NCBI GenBank assembly: GCA_036160375.1 | Contig: JAYYDY010000068.1 | Coordinates: forward strand, 169-64,168 | DNA: 64,000 nucleotides | Direction of reading: 5' to 3' | DNA from: Thermoplasmatota archaeon | GTDB taxonomy: Archaea > Thermoplasmatota > Poseidoniia > Poseidoniales > Poseidoniaceae | In this document: piece by piece, positions 1-11,413 of the stretch | How positions within the stretch are numbered: position 1 is the first letter of the stretch | Layout: every line of letters begins with the position of its first letter | Translations under genes and position numbers: made by a program | Notes under the pieces: model-generated | The model's database searches: none | What the model was told of the DNA's origin: nothing | Seen by the model: the letters and a program-made list of their open reading frames with translations, nothing else

Positions 1-76
1 TGGAGGTCGAATCATGACCTACGGCGAGCTGATGAACGAAAACCCAACAGGTACGGGGGTTGTTATCCTTGGCTGA
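1..76 (+). CDS. rpl18e: 50S ribosomal protein L18e, C-terminal fragment (5' end outside window)
   Basis: Frame 2 is open from the window edge to TGA at 74-76: GGRIMTYGELMNENPTGTGVVILG*. It resembles archaeal L18e C-termini (NP.G.gv.il). Position fits the conserved archaeal L18e-L13-S9-RpoN order. Confidence 0.5.
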   Translation, partial: GGRIMTYGELMNENPTGTGVVILG

Positions 77-557
77 TGCCACCACCTACGTGTTTGATGC
101 CGACGGCCTCATCATGGGCCGCTTGGCCTCGGCCTCCGCAGACATCCTCCTGAAGGCTGCTCGCGAAGACCGTGATGACAAGGTCATCATCGTCAACGCC
201 GAGAAGGCCATCATCTCGGGTCGTCCACGAGCCGTGCTCGACACCTACCACAAGAAGTACGAGTTGAACCACGCCCGAAAGGGGCCGTTCTTCCCACGTA
301 TGCCCGACATGATCCTCAAGCGAGCCGTTCGAGGCATGCTGCCCTACCAAAAGAAGAGCAGCGGCCGTCGCGCTCTTCGCAACCTCCGTGTCGAGATCGG
401 CTGCCCAAGCCACCTCTCTGGCGACCTGCCCGAGGGCCACCAGCACGGTGATGACAGCAAATTCCGCCGTGATTTGCCTGACCGCTACATCCGATTGGGT
501 GATGTCAGTGCAGATTTGGGAGCGCCCGCTCACCGATGGACGGGAGGTGACCAGTGA
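60..557 (+). CDS. rpl13: 50S ribosomal protein L13 (uL13)
   Basis: Translation FDADGLIMGRLAS...IIVNAEKAIISG...KRAVRGMLPY is the classic uL13 pattern. There is no in-frame ATG; candidate starts are TTG 60, TTG 69 or GTG 90, so the start is uncertain. Confidence 0.88.
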   Translation: MLSLADATTYVFDADGLIMGRLASASADILLKAAREDRDDKVIIVNAEKAIISGRPRAVLDTYHKKYELNHARKGPFFPRMPDMILKRAVRGMLPYQKKSSGRRALRNLRVEIGCPSHLSGDLPEGHQHGDDSKFRRDLPDRYIRLGDVSADLGAPAHRWTGGDQ

Positions 558-988
558 TGGCACGCAAGAAGAAGTCCGTTGAATCCTCAGGAAAGCGAAA
601 GACCGCCGTCGCCCGTGCCACCGTGAAGGCTGGCAAAGGACGTGTCCGTGTCAACTCCGAACCCATTGAAATTCTGCAGCCGTCCTTGGCTCGCCGCAAG
701 TCGATGGAACCCCTGATCATCGCCGACGCCATGAACCGACTCAGCAAGGTCGACATCGCTGTCACCACCAACGGTGGCGGCATCATGGGTCAAACCGACG
801 CCATCCGCACCGCTATCGCTCGTGGTCTTGTCCACTACAACGGTGGCGCTGAGGGCATTGACGAAGAACTCCGAGACGAGTACCTGCGCTTCGACCGCAG
901 CCTTCTCGTGAACGACCCACGCCGAAAGGAGCCCAAGCACCAACTCGGCCGTGGTGCTCGCCGCAAGAAGCAGAAGTCGTACCGATGA
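554..988 (+). CDS. rps9: 30S ribosomal protein S9 (uS9)
   Basis: GKRKTAVARA...GGGIMGQTDAIRTAIARGL...RRKKQKSYR* is a uS9 signature with C-terminal YR. GGGAGGTGA lies upstream. The real start is probably ATG 557, overlapping the L13 stop (GTGATG). Confidence 0.92.
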   Translation: MMARKKKSVESSGKRKTAVARATVKAGKGRVRVNSEPIEILQPSLARRKSMEPLIIADAMNRLSKVDIAVTTNGGGIMGQTDAIRTAIARGLVHYNGGAEGIDEELRDEYLRFDRSLLVNDPRRKEPKHQLGRGARRKKQKSYR

Positions 989-997
989 GGTGAAAGC

Positions 998-1201
998 ATG
1001 ATTATTCCAGTACGATGTTTCAGTTGTGGCGGCGTGGTCGCCCACAAATGGGAAGATTTCAAGCAATTGCTGGCGGACGGCAAGACCGACGCTGAAGCCC
1101 TCGATGAAGTGGGTCTGAAGCGCTACTGTTGCCGACGCATGTACGTTGGACATCTCGACCTCATCCATGAGGTTGCACCGTTCAGCGCAGCGCGCAACTG
1201 A
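998..1201 (+). CDS. rpoN: DNA-directed RNA polymerase subunit N (Rpo10)
   Basis: [14 protein letters not shown]...KRYCCRRM is the RpoN/RPB10 zinc-binding pattern (CxxC...CC). It sits in the conserved position after S9. Confidence 0.92.
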   Translation: MIIPVRCFSCGGVVAHKWEDFKQLLADGKTDAEALDEVGLKRYCCRRMYVGHLDLIHEVAPFSAARN

Positions 1202-1211
1202 GGAATTCCTC

Positions 1212-1289
1212 GGGCCCGTGGGTTAGCTTGGCCTATACTTGGCGGCTGGGGGCCGTCAGACCCCGGTTCAAATCCGGGCGGGCCCACCA
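1212..1289 (+). tRNA. tRNA-Pro (anticodon GGG), CCA encoded
   Basis: Hand fold: acceptor GGGCCCG/CGGGCCC; anticodon stem GGCGG/CCGTC with loop CTGGGGG (GGG at 1248-1250, G37). T arm is CCCGG-TTCAAAT-CCGGG; discriminator A 1286 and CCA 1287-1289. Confidence 0.85.
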
Positions 1290-1339
1290 TTTCGTTGGGT
1301 GTGTGTACACTTTCTCCGTCGCGTAGCCTCGGGGTTGAT

Positions 1340-4300
1340 ATGACGCCACTTCAACGCCACACCATGCGACAAGGGCGCGCTTACGGCTTGGTTTCCCTGC
1401 TCCTGCTGGTTTCGGTTCTCCCCATGGCGACGGCCGTTGACAGCACGGTTTCTGTGAACACCACATGGTCTGGTGATGTTGTTCTAACAGGGAACGTCAC
1501 CGTTGCAAGCGGTGCCACACTCACCGTTTCGCCAGGCACCACCGTGGACGCCAAATCCTACAGCATTGTGGTGGAGGGCACCATGGTGGTTGACCAAGCC
1601 TCCTTTTTCTCATCCGTCGTCCCTGAGACTCAGGGCTCGCACGGTCAAGGGCTCTGGTCAGGACTCGTGGTTGAACCCGGCGGCCAACTCAACTTGACAG
1701 ACTCCGTGGTAGCCAACGCCTCAGCGAGCGTCTTGGTCCGGGGTGCCTTCAACGGCACCGATGTGGTGTTCAACGATGCATACAGGGGCCTTTCGGTGAT
1801 GGGCGGCGACGCCGTGGCGACCGGCCTTGAGGCCAACCGCATGGATTACGAAGCCGTGTACGTGGAATCCGGTTCCCTGAACCTCACCGACGCCACCGCA
1901 ACGGAAGTGGCCGTTGGTCTGGCCAATCATGCGCAAGCCAGCGTGGTTGAACTGACGGTGTCGGAAGCAGGCGTCGGCGCTCAGTCCTTGGGTGGCGATT
2001 TGTACCTGTCCGGGTTTGCGGTCCACAACGCCAGCGTCGGTTTTGCGACGGTGGCCGGGGCCGACACGACGCTTCGGACGTTCAGTGGAACGGGCTTAGC
2101 ACTGGCCGTGGACGCCAGCGATACGGACGGTCTCAACCTGTCTGGAGCCATGCTCTCTGGCGAGCGGTTCCTCGTTGGCCAAGGCGTTGCTTCAATGATG
2201 GTGCACGATGTTGGCTTTGTTGCCACATCTCTCGAAAGTCGCCCCGCCATGGACGTTCGCTGCGATGGAACCTGTGAACTCCTCGAGAGCATCATTGACG
2301 GCTCAGAAACCGGGATCTCATGGTCGGGCCCGGGCACATCCATCATGGACGATGTACAGGTTCACAACGCCACCTACGCTGTTGAGGCCACCGGTTCCGG
2401 CCATGCTGATTGGACCAACCTCACCGTCAGCGCATCCGAGACCGGCCTCTCAGTGCAAACCCCCAGCAGTTCACTGGCCAACGTTGAGGTGTTGATGACC
2501 TCGGACGATGCGACGGCTGTCGATGTCTTGGGTGGCCAGCACTCTTGGTCGACCATCACCGTTGAGAAACCCTTCGTGTCCGCCGACCGCACGTCCATCG
2601 GCTTGAACGCCTGGTACAGTGACCTCGTTCTTGACCACTTCATCGCTCGAAACATGTCCACCGGCATGATGCTGGAGGACAGCACCGTCAAAGCCCAAAC
2701 GGCGGAGGCCAACATCGGCAGCCTCGCAGGGCTCCATCTCGTTGATGCTTCGTTCACCGGAACGAGCCTGACCACCATCGCCCAAGACGAGGGTGTGCTC
2801 ATGGAAGGGGATTCCACGCTCCACCTTTCTTCATGGACCGCTCAACTCCACGATACGCCGCTGATGTTGTCAACGGGAAGTTCGGCCACGGTTCGTTCCT
2901 TTTCCCCGGCCAACACGGCGCCAACCTCGGCCGATGCGCTGGGTGATGGAACGCTGTATTACGGATCGTCTGGCAACCCGACCGTGAGCACGACCGCTTC
3001 CTACCGATTGTTGGAAACCGATGTTACCTTCACGGATTTGACCGGTCAACCCGTCGAAGCCAACGTGTTGGTGCACGGCTTTGATTTGGTGAGTAACAGC
3101 AACGGGGCCCTTACGTTGCCGCTGGTGAACAGCGGCTCGGTGGTGGATGTCACGCTTGACGGAGCGGGGACACGCGTGACACTGTACGGGGGTCAAACCG
3201 GACAATCGGTGCAAGTGCCTGTGATTCCAGACGGTGACTGGACCATCTCATCGGGTCAAGACGTGGTCCTCGGTCCTCGTCCTGACGGCCAACCGCATCA
3301 ATTGGCGGGTGATCTCACCGTGGCCAACAACGGTGCGTTGACCTTACTCTCCACCGATGTAATCCTCGCCACCGGTCAGAGCATCACGCTTCAAGGCACC
3401 GGGCAACTATCCGGTGTGGGCGCCTCCATCACCGCCGACACCCTCCAAGCCAGCGGGCAAAGCATGCTGACAGGTTCGACAGAAGATTCGCTGACCGTTG
3501 AGGCAGATGTGCAATGGGGCTGTTTGAGTCCTCGCGAGGTGGAGAACCTCAACATCGTGGGCTCGCTCGTTGTCCAGCCCGGCTGTGAAATCGATGTGAT
3601 GGGCGGTTCCATTGAAGGGAACGTCCAAGCGATGACAGGCGCAGTGTTCACGAGTTCATCCACCCTTGATGTGGTCGTTCTTGACAAGGGTGCTCCGGTT
3701 GAAGGGGCGCTGATTTCCATCGAGGGGTCGGTGGCCATGACCGACCAGGAAGGGACCTTGACCACCCAAACCGAGGCACGAAGGGTGACCGATTCGGGTG
3801 AAACGTGGGGCGGCATCAAAACGGTCTCCCTCCAGCGCGGGAACTTCTCTGATTTCGTCACCTGGGATACCAACCGTTCCCTCACGCACACGTTCATGGC
3901 CTCCACCGTGCCCACCGGGGAGGTCTCGGGTTGGCTGGTGCTCGAACGCCAGTGGAGCCCCTACACCCTTGACGGCTCTCTTCTCCTGCAGACCGCCTCG
4001 ACCATGAGCGTTCGGGACGGGGTTTCGCTGCGTGTTTCGGAAGGCGCCAGCATCACGGTCAACGGGCTCTTTGACGCGGGTGAAGCCACGATCTCCTCCA
4101 CGGGATACGGCGCTCGGTGGGGCGGACTTACGCTTGGCACGTCGACCGCAGCCGTCATCCAACTTTCAGGAACACAACTCATCGAATCAGCCCCCGCCTT
4201 GACCGTCTCGGGCTTGGGTTCGGTGGTGGCTGATGATGTGTTCATGGCCCGTTCCGCCAGCGACCCGTTGCTGGTCGTTGAGTCGGGAAGCAGTGCTGAA

Positions 4301-6025
4301 TTGGTGTTGCGCAACAGCCACTTGCAAAACGGAAGCGGATGCGCTCACCTTTACCCCTCCAGTGGCCTTGTCACCTTCGCCAACGTATCGTTCGCTGACT
4401 GTGAGGAACAGGCGATTTGGGCGCAACAAGTCCCGTTGGACCTCAACACCTTGACGTTTGATGAGGGCAGTGAATCCGGTCTGGAACTCACTGGCGTTTC
4501 GGGGTCCGTCAACGGTGTCGATGCAACCCGCTTCAACGGACAAGGGGCCATTGTTTCCCTGAACAACCTCGCTGCGGGTTTCCTCTTGAGCGACGTTGAG
4601 GGGCATGTATCCGGCGAAGGCGGCATCATCGGTGAAGGGAACGACGACCTCACCCTCGAGCGCATTCAGTTGACCGGTGCCCCGGGCATCGATGTTGACC
4701 GCACCTCGGGTGTGTTCTCCGAGCTGACACTCCAGGGCGAGGGTTCGGGCACGGCCTTTGTTTCCCACCACGGCCGTTCATCGGACAGTTTGGTGGTGGA
4801 AGGCCTCAACATCTCCGGATACAGCGTGGGGGTTTCGCTTCACTCCGACCCCGGTGAGATCAGCGCACCACTCATCTTGCGCGAGGCCAACATCCTCGTC
4901 TCAAGCGCCTTGGCCACCGAATACTTCCCGGTTCGACTGGAGAACAGTAACCTCGTCGGTAGCGTTGATGTGGCCCACACCACCGTTCACACGGTTGACG
5001 GTTCCGCAGGAACCCTGATGGTTGGTGATGGCGGCGAGTATGCGGCCTTCCGAACCGTCGTGTTGGACGCTCGTCGAGGCGGCACGCCGGTTCCTGCTTC
5101 GTTTACGGTGAGTTATGGAAACGAGAACCTTGACCCACTCACGGTGATGGGAACCACCGTCGATGTTGAATTGCTTTTGCGAACCGTGTCTGAAAGCAGT
5201 GAAGCGGTAGCGGGGGAATGGTCGGTTCAGGCCAGCGTCGCTGGCTCACCGCTCGCGACCCTCTCGGTCGATAGCCCTGCAACGGCTCCATCCCTCCTTG
5301 TGGTGAACGTGCTCATCAATCAGCCACCCGACATTCAGCTGCTGGAGCCGTATGCAGGCCAGCGCGTGATGGAGGGTGATTTCATCCGCGCCTCGGCATC
5401 GTACAGCGACGACATGGACAGCGTGGACGATCTCGTTCTGTCGTGGCGGGTCTACGACCTGCAAGGCAACGACGTTCTTCAAGCCGGCAACGAACCCGTG
5501 TACAACATCACGGACCTTCCGGCCGGCTACTACATCGTCGAAGTCAGGGTCGTCGACACGTTTGGTGAAGCAGCCACGGCTTCCATGGATTTCGAATACA
5601 CGTTGCTCGACACCGACAACGACTGGTCAGCCTCGTGTTCATCCACGACATGGTTTGATGCGAACACCGGAAAATCCTGCGGCCCGAACATCTACGATGA
5701 GGACGACGACAACGATGGGTTCAGCGATGCGAAGGATGCCTTCCCGCTCGACCCCTGTGCCCAACTTGACACCGACGGTGATACGCAACCCGACGTGCTG
5801 GATTGCCCCGAGGGCTACACCAGTTGGTTGACCGAAGACATGGACGACGACGGTGATGGAACGCCCGATGTGCTGGAGGGGGTCGAAACGTCCGACGCGG
5901 ACGTGAACCTCAACGCCCTGCTGCTGGTGGCCGCCATCTTCGTGGTGGTGTTCCTTCTCTTCCTTGCTCGACTGCGACGAGGCGGTCCTGGCGACTTGAC
6001 CTCTCTCGACCAGCGACATTTGTGA
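1340..6025 (+). CDS. giant secreted surface protein: beta-helix-like repeats, C-terminal Ca-binding Asp-rich (thrombospondin type-3-like) repeats, TM anchor
   Basis: The ORF is open from 1295, but that is 6 nt after the tRNA. ATG 1340 gives MTPLQRHTMRQGRAYGLVSLLLLVSVLPMATA (signal peptide). Sequons are dense (NTT, NVT, NLT, NAS...). The C-terminus has DEDDDNDGFSDAKDAFPLDPC..DTDGDTQPDVLDCP..DMDDDGDGTPD, then hydrophobic LLLVAAIFVVVFLLFLA and RLRR. Confidence 0.8.
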   Translation: MTPLQRHTMRQGRAYGLVSLLLLVSVLPMATAVDSTVSVNTTWSGDVVLTGNVTVASGATLTVSPGTTVDAKSYSIVVEGTMVVDQASFFSSVVPETQGSHGQGLWSGLVVEPGGQLNLTDSVVANASASVLVRGAFNGTDVVFNDAYRGLSVMGGDAVATGLEANRMDYEAVYVESGSLNLTDATATEVAVGLANHAQASVVELTVSEAGVGAQSLGGDLYLSGFAVHNASVGFATVAGADTTLRTFSGTGLALAVDASDTDGLNLSGAMLSGERFLVGQGVASMMVHDVGFVATSLESRPAMDVRCDGTCELLESIIDGSETGISWSGPGTSIMDDVQVHNATYAVEATGSGHADWTNLTVSASETGLSVQTPSSSLANVEVLMTSDDATAVDVLGGQHSWSTITVEKPFVSADRTSIGLNAWYSDLVLDHFIARNMSTGMMLEDSTVKAQTAEANIGSLAGLHLVDASFTGTSLTTIAQDEGVLMEGDSTLHLSSWTAQLHDTPLMLSTGSSATVRSFSPANTAPTSADALGDGTLYYGSSGNPTVSTTASYRLLETDVTFTDLTGQPVEANVLVHGFDLVSNSNGALTLPLVNSGSVVDVTLDGAGTRVTLYGGQTGQSVQVPVIPDGDWTISSGQDVVLGPRPDGQPHQLAGDLTVANNGALTLLSTDVILATGQSITLQGTGQLSGVGASITADTLQASGQSMLTGSTEDSLTVEADVQWGCLSPREVENLNIVGSLVVQPGCEIDVMGGSIEGNVQAMTGAVFTSSSTLDVVVLDKGAPVEGALISIEGSVAMTDQEGTLTTQTEARRVTDSGETWGGIKTVSLQRGNFSDFVTWDTNRSLTHTFMASTVPTGEVSGWLVLERQWSPYTLDGSLLLQTASTMSVRDGVSLRVSEGASITVNGLFDAGEATISSTGYGARWGGLTLGTSTAAVIQLSGTQLIESAPALTVSGLGSVVADDVFMARSASDPLLVVESGSSAELVLRNSHLQNGSGCAHLYPSSGLVTFANVSFADCEEQAIWAQQVPLDLNTLTFDEGSESGLELTGVSGSVNGVDATRFNGQGAIVSLNNLAAGFLLSDVEGHVSGEGGIIGEGNDDLTLERIQLTGAPGIDVDRTSGVFSELTLQGEGSGTAFVSHHGRSSDSLVVEGLNISGYSVGVSLHSDPGEISAPLILREANILVSSALATEYFPVRLENSNLVGSVDVAHTTVHTVDGSAGTLMVGDGGEYAAFRTVVLDARRGGTPVPASFTVSYGNENLDPLTVMGTTVDVELLLRTVSESSEAVAGEWSVQASVAGSPLATLSVDSPATAPSLLVVNVLINQPPDIQLLEPYAGQRVMEGDFIRASASYSDDMDSVDDLVLSWRVYDLQGNDVLQAGNEPVYNITDLPAGYYIVEVRVVDTFGEAATASMDFEYTLLDTDNDWSASCSSTTWFDANTGKSCGPNIYDEDDDNDGFSDAKDAFPLDPCAQLDTDGDTQPDVLDCPEGYTSWLTEDMDDDGDGTPDVLEGVETSDADVNLNALLLVAAIFVVVFLLFLARLRRGGPGDLTSLDQRHL

Positions 6026-6034
6026 GGGGAGAAC

Positions 6035-6589
6035 ATGGTGAACTTGCCTTCGGCTGAGCACGTGGCGTTCGTGGCAGTGTGCGTGCTGGCCGCCATCGTT
6101 GCGTGGGACGCCTATTGGCTCACCAAGCAACGGCGAGACGTCCCAGAACTCGGCCAACTGCCGGGCGGGGGTTTTGCGTGGTCGAGCGAAGGCGTTCACG
6201 AGATGATTCGCCAGTGGGGTAACCTCGGGTCAATGGCCGCCATGATGGTTCTTCCATGGGCGCTGCTCGAGGCCAGTGATACGCCGATCATCTACGCCGT
6301 TCTTTGGGACGTGTTCCTCGGTTTGCATCTCATTTCACTGCTGGTCCCAAAACGCTACGCCATCACGTCCACGCATCTGTTCGCTGACGGGCAGCGTTAC
6401 CCGTGGGAGCGTCTTCGACTGGCCAAACGCCAACCAAAACGACGCATCATGCTCTTGCGCAACGGATGGGGGCCGTTCGGGCCGCTTCCGCTCGGTGGTG
6501 ACCCTCAGTCGCTCGGTGTAGCCCGCGAATACATCAAGGCCATGGAGCAGGCTCGCCAACCCCTTCCACCAGGGAAGGAAGCCGAATGA
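6035..6589 (+). CDS. hypothetical membrane protein
   Basis: It is the only long ORF here and GAGGGGAG lies upstream. About three hydrophobic helices are visible (VAFVAVCVLAAIVAW, MAAMMVLPWALL, YAVLWDVFLGLHLISLLV). No family was recognised. Confidence 0.55.
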   Translation: MVNLPSAEHVAFVAVCVLAAIVAWDAYWLTKQRRDVPELGQLPGGGFAWSSEGVHEMIRQWGNLGSMAAMMVLPWALLEASDTPIIYAVLWDVFLGLHLISLLVPKRYAITSTHLFADGQRYPWERLRLAKRQPKRRIMLLRNGWGPFGPLPLGGDPQSLGVAREYIKAMEQARQPLPPGKEAE

Positions 6590-6626
6590 ACGGCAGCCTC
6601 TTGAGCCACCGCAACGACCCGTTGGC

Positions 6627-7055
6627 ATGGAGTGGACCCAAAGCGGCGATGACGTGTTCGTGAGGCTGGACCCCGGTGAGGAAATTCATGCCTCGCTGCA
6701 GTCGCTGGCCGACACGATTGGCTTTGACGCAGCCGCCATCACCAGCGGTATCGGTCGGACGAGAAACAGCGTCTACGGCTACATGGACGACAACCACGTC
6801 TATCACCGTGTGACGCTGGAGGGTGGGACCGAACTTGTTACGTTGCAAGGGAACCTCGCCCGAAGAGAAAACGGCGACGCCTTTACCCACCTTCACGCCA
6901 CCTTCTCCGATGACGATTTGAAGCCCCATGCTGGTCATATGTTCTCCGCTGACGTCCACGTGGTGGCCGAGATTCATCTTCGCATTCTGAGCCAGGCCGT
7001 GATGACCCGATGCCCGCTTGAGAACAGTGAATTCGTGGCTCTTTCCTTCAAGTGA
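6627..7055 (+). CDS. PPC/DUF296-domain protein
   Basis: TELVTLQGNLARRENGDAFTHLHATFSDDDLKPHAGHMF..VHVVAEIHL matches my memory of the DUF296/PPC pattern (hlH..fsd.dG...GGHl....v..Ei.l). Confidence 0.6.
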   Translation: MEWTQSGDDVFVRLDPGEEIHASLQSLADTIGFDAAAITSGIGRTRNSVYGYMDDNHVYHRVTLEGGTELVTLQGNLARRENGDAFTHLHATFSDDDLKPHAGHMFSADVHVVAEIHLRILSQAVMTRCPLENSEFVALSFK

Positions 7056-9332
<2,277 letters not shown>

Positions 9333-9339
9333 CGGCCAT

Positions 9340-10143
9340 TCAGCCGTAGAGCATGGCGTTGGACGAGGGGCTGGGCTTCGATGCCCCACCGGCCGATTCC
9401 ATCAGTGCTTGGAGCTGGGCTTCGAGCATTTCCGCTTCGGCCAGCAACGGTTCTTGAGGCAAGTCAATGGCGGGCAGGAGCGTGTTGAGCTTCTCGATGA
9501 GGGCCGCAGCAGCACGGGCGTCGGGGAAGCGAGGGTCGGCTTCGACCATGATGGACATGGTGCCCAGTCCGCGTCGGGTGGCTTCGCTGAGGATGCCAGC
9601 GTTCATGCCACGGATAACACCGGTCTCGAGCAGAGGGATGTCCATCTCTTTGAGCATGGCACGAACCGTTTCGTTGCAGCCGATACCGACCACGTCAATC
9701 TCTTCGGTGTCTTCGTATTCCACCACGGGGTCAACACCGTCCATGCCGCTTTTCATGCCGGCCTTGGCAAAGGCGTCCACGACAACGCCAGCGAGCACCT
9801 GATGTTCCTTGGACCACTCAAAGAGCGCCCAGACGATTTTGTGGACCAGCGATTCCGGCACGACCATCTCGCTCATCAGCAGAATGACCTGGTCGCATCC
9901 TTCGATGCTGCACTTGGGTTTGCCTGCGTAGGCTCGGATGGGAGGCAACGGAACGCCCTGGTTGATCATGGCAAGGGCGGGGAGTCGGTCGTCGACCAGA
10001 CCACCCACGAATTCCAAATCGAGGTGGTCGATGAGGTAGTGCGCCACGATGCTGGAGACCATGCCGACGCTCGGGAAGCAGGCGATGACCATCGCATTCT
10101 CGTGTTCAATGGTGGTGTTAATTCGGAGACTCGGGGTATCCAT
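9340..10143 (-). CDS. PAC2-family proteasome assembly chaperone (PbaA/PbaB-like)
   Basis: The PAC2-like body (VIACFPSVGMVSSIVAHYLI..., ..DPRFPDARAAAALIEKL) ends in ...NAMLYG*, an HbYX-type tail (L-Y-G). The track start at 10203 would abut the divergent gene, so Met21 (10143) is preferred. Confidence 0.72.
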   Translation of the reverse strand: MDTPSLRINTTIEHENAMVIACFPSVGMVSSIVAHYLIDHLDLEFVGGLVDDRLPALAMINQGVPLPPIRAYAGKPKCSIEGCDQVILLMSEMVVPESLVHKIVWALFEWSKEHQVLAGVVVDAFAKAGMKSGMDGVDPVVEYEDTEEIDVVGIGCNETVRAMLKEMDIPLLETGVIRGMNAGILSEATRRGLGTMSIMVEADPRFPDARAAAALIEKLNTLLPAIDLPQEPLLAEAEMLEAQLQALMESAGGASKPSPSSNAMLYG

Positions 10144-10201
10144 GCACGACGGTGGGGCCGCGTGCCCTTCAACACTTTCCCCGTTCTGACACCAAACCTT
10201 C

Positions 10202-11413
10202 ATGATGAACGCCGCTCACCTTTCCCCTATGGAGCAAAGCAGTCCTCAACCCCGAAGGGCACACCAACTTTCTCCATCGGCATGGAATCGGTACGAGACC
10301 TGCCCCCGTATGTACTGGTTGAGCCGCCAGCGGCTCCCTCGCAAGGCAGGCATGGCTGCTTCCCTTGGGACCGCTGTCCACGCTTCCATCGAAGATTTGC
10401 TCAACATGGACCTTGAGGGCCGAGACGGTAGCGAAACCGGTTGGCTGCCGCTCACGGCTGAGGGCTTTCTGAAAACGAGATGGGACGAAGAGAAGGAGGT
10501 CTTCATGGCAACGCCACGACGTCCAGACTGGAAGGACGCGAAATGGAGCGAGGCCAAGAAGCAACAAAAGGGGGGCATCGTGCTCTTGCTCGACCACATC
10601 GGTGCGAAGCACTTGGGACACGAGCAAGTGACCGTGGCACTGTGGCGTCATTTGCAATCGTTGACCATCGCCGTAGAGGGTGAACTTGTGACCAGCGACA
10701 GCCGATTGATGGGGCGGCTGGACTTGCTGTTTGCCGACGTGGACGAAGCGGGCCAGTTGGAAGGCTGGCTCGTGGCCGACTTGAAAACCGGAAACGCACC
10801 CACGGAGGCGCTCAAACCCGAGGTCAACCGTCAACTCCGCATGTATCGCGACATTCTCCTTGCCAACAACCCCGCCGCACCGCCGGTTCGCACCGAGGGC
10901 TGGTACACGAAAACCGCCACCAAATGGGCTGCTGAGGGCGAGAGCGTGCTCGAGCAAGCCTATGCGGCATGGGAAGCCACGCAGCCAACGACGATGCCGA
11001 TGGACCCAACGCCGGGTCCCAACAGCTGTGGAGGGTTCTGCGACTGGAAGGCGTGGTGCCCTCACTGGTGGACATGGCGCCAATCAACGGGCACCCTTCA
11101 CCAGGGCGACTTCTGCGACGCCGTGGTCCTCATGCATCGCTACGAGACCGCGTCGGGCGCCGCCGTGCTGGAGTTGTGCGAACCGCTCGACGAGTCCGGG
11201 CGCGCCATCCCCACCGGCCAGCAGGTCTCCGCACGGTTTGACGGACGTGGAAAAGAGGTGCTTGAGGCTCTTCGAGACAGCGGCCATCAGGGCCCGATGT
11301 TCCTGGGCTCGGTCATGACGGGGCGCGGTACATGGCGCATTGGTCCGTGGTGCGATGTGCTGCCGTGGGCGCCCATGCCCGACGGTGTACCGTACGAGCG
11401 CGAGGAATCATGA
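10202..11413 (+). CDS. RecB-family PD-(D/E)XK nuclease with Cas4-type four-Cys (Fe-S) arrangement
   Basis: YETCPRMYWL (Cys1); GRLDLLF...LVADLKTG (D...D-x-K); QLRMY (QxxxY); CGGFCDWKAWC (C-x3-C-x5-C). There is an extra C-terminal domain of about 110 aa. An alternative start is Met10 (10229). Confidence 0.75.
   Translation: MMNAAHLSPMEQSSPQPRRAHQLSPSAWNRYETCPRMYWLSRQRLPRKAGMAASLGTAVHASIEDLLNMDLEGRDGSETGWLPLTAEGFLKTRWDEEKEVFMATPRRPDWKDAKWSEAKKQQKGGIVLLLDHIGAKHLGHEQVTVALWRHLQSLTIAVEGELVTSDSRLMGRLDLLFADVDEAGQLEGWLVADLKTGNAPTEALKPEVNRQLRMYRDILLANNPAAPPVRTEGWYTKTATKWAAEGESVLEQAYAAWEATQPTTMPMDPTPGPNSCGGFCDWKAWCPHWWTWRQSTGTLHQGDFCDAVVLMHRYETASGAAVLELCEPLDESGRAIPTGQQVSARFDGRGKEVLEALRDSGHQGPMFLGSVMTGRGTWRIGPWCDVLPWAPMPDGVPYEREES

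Noticed and set aside
14-76. 20-codon mini-ORF with an apparent GGAGGT Shine-Dalgarno at the window start, considered as a possible leader peptide of the L13 operon
   Set aside because: The frame is open back to the window edge and the peptide looks like the C-terminus of L18e, so it is the end of the upstream gene and not a leader ORF.
1295-1339. Track start (TTG 1295) for the first giant ORF
   Set aside because: It begins only 6 nt after the tRNA-Pro CCA. ATG 1340 yields a proper basic n-region plus hydrophobic signal peptide.
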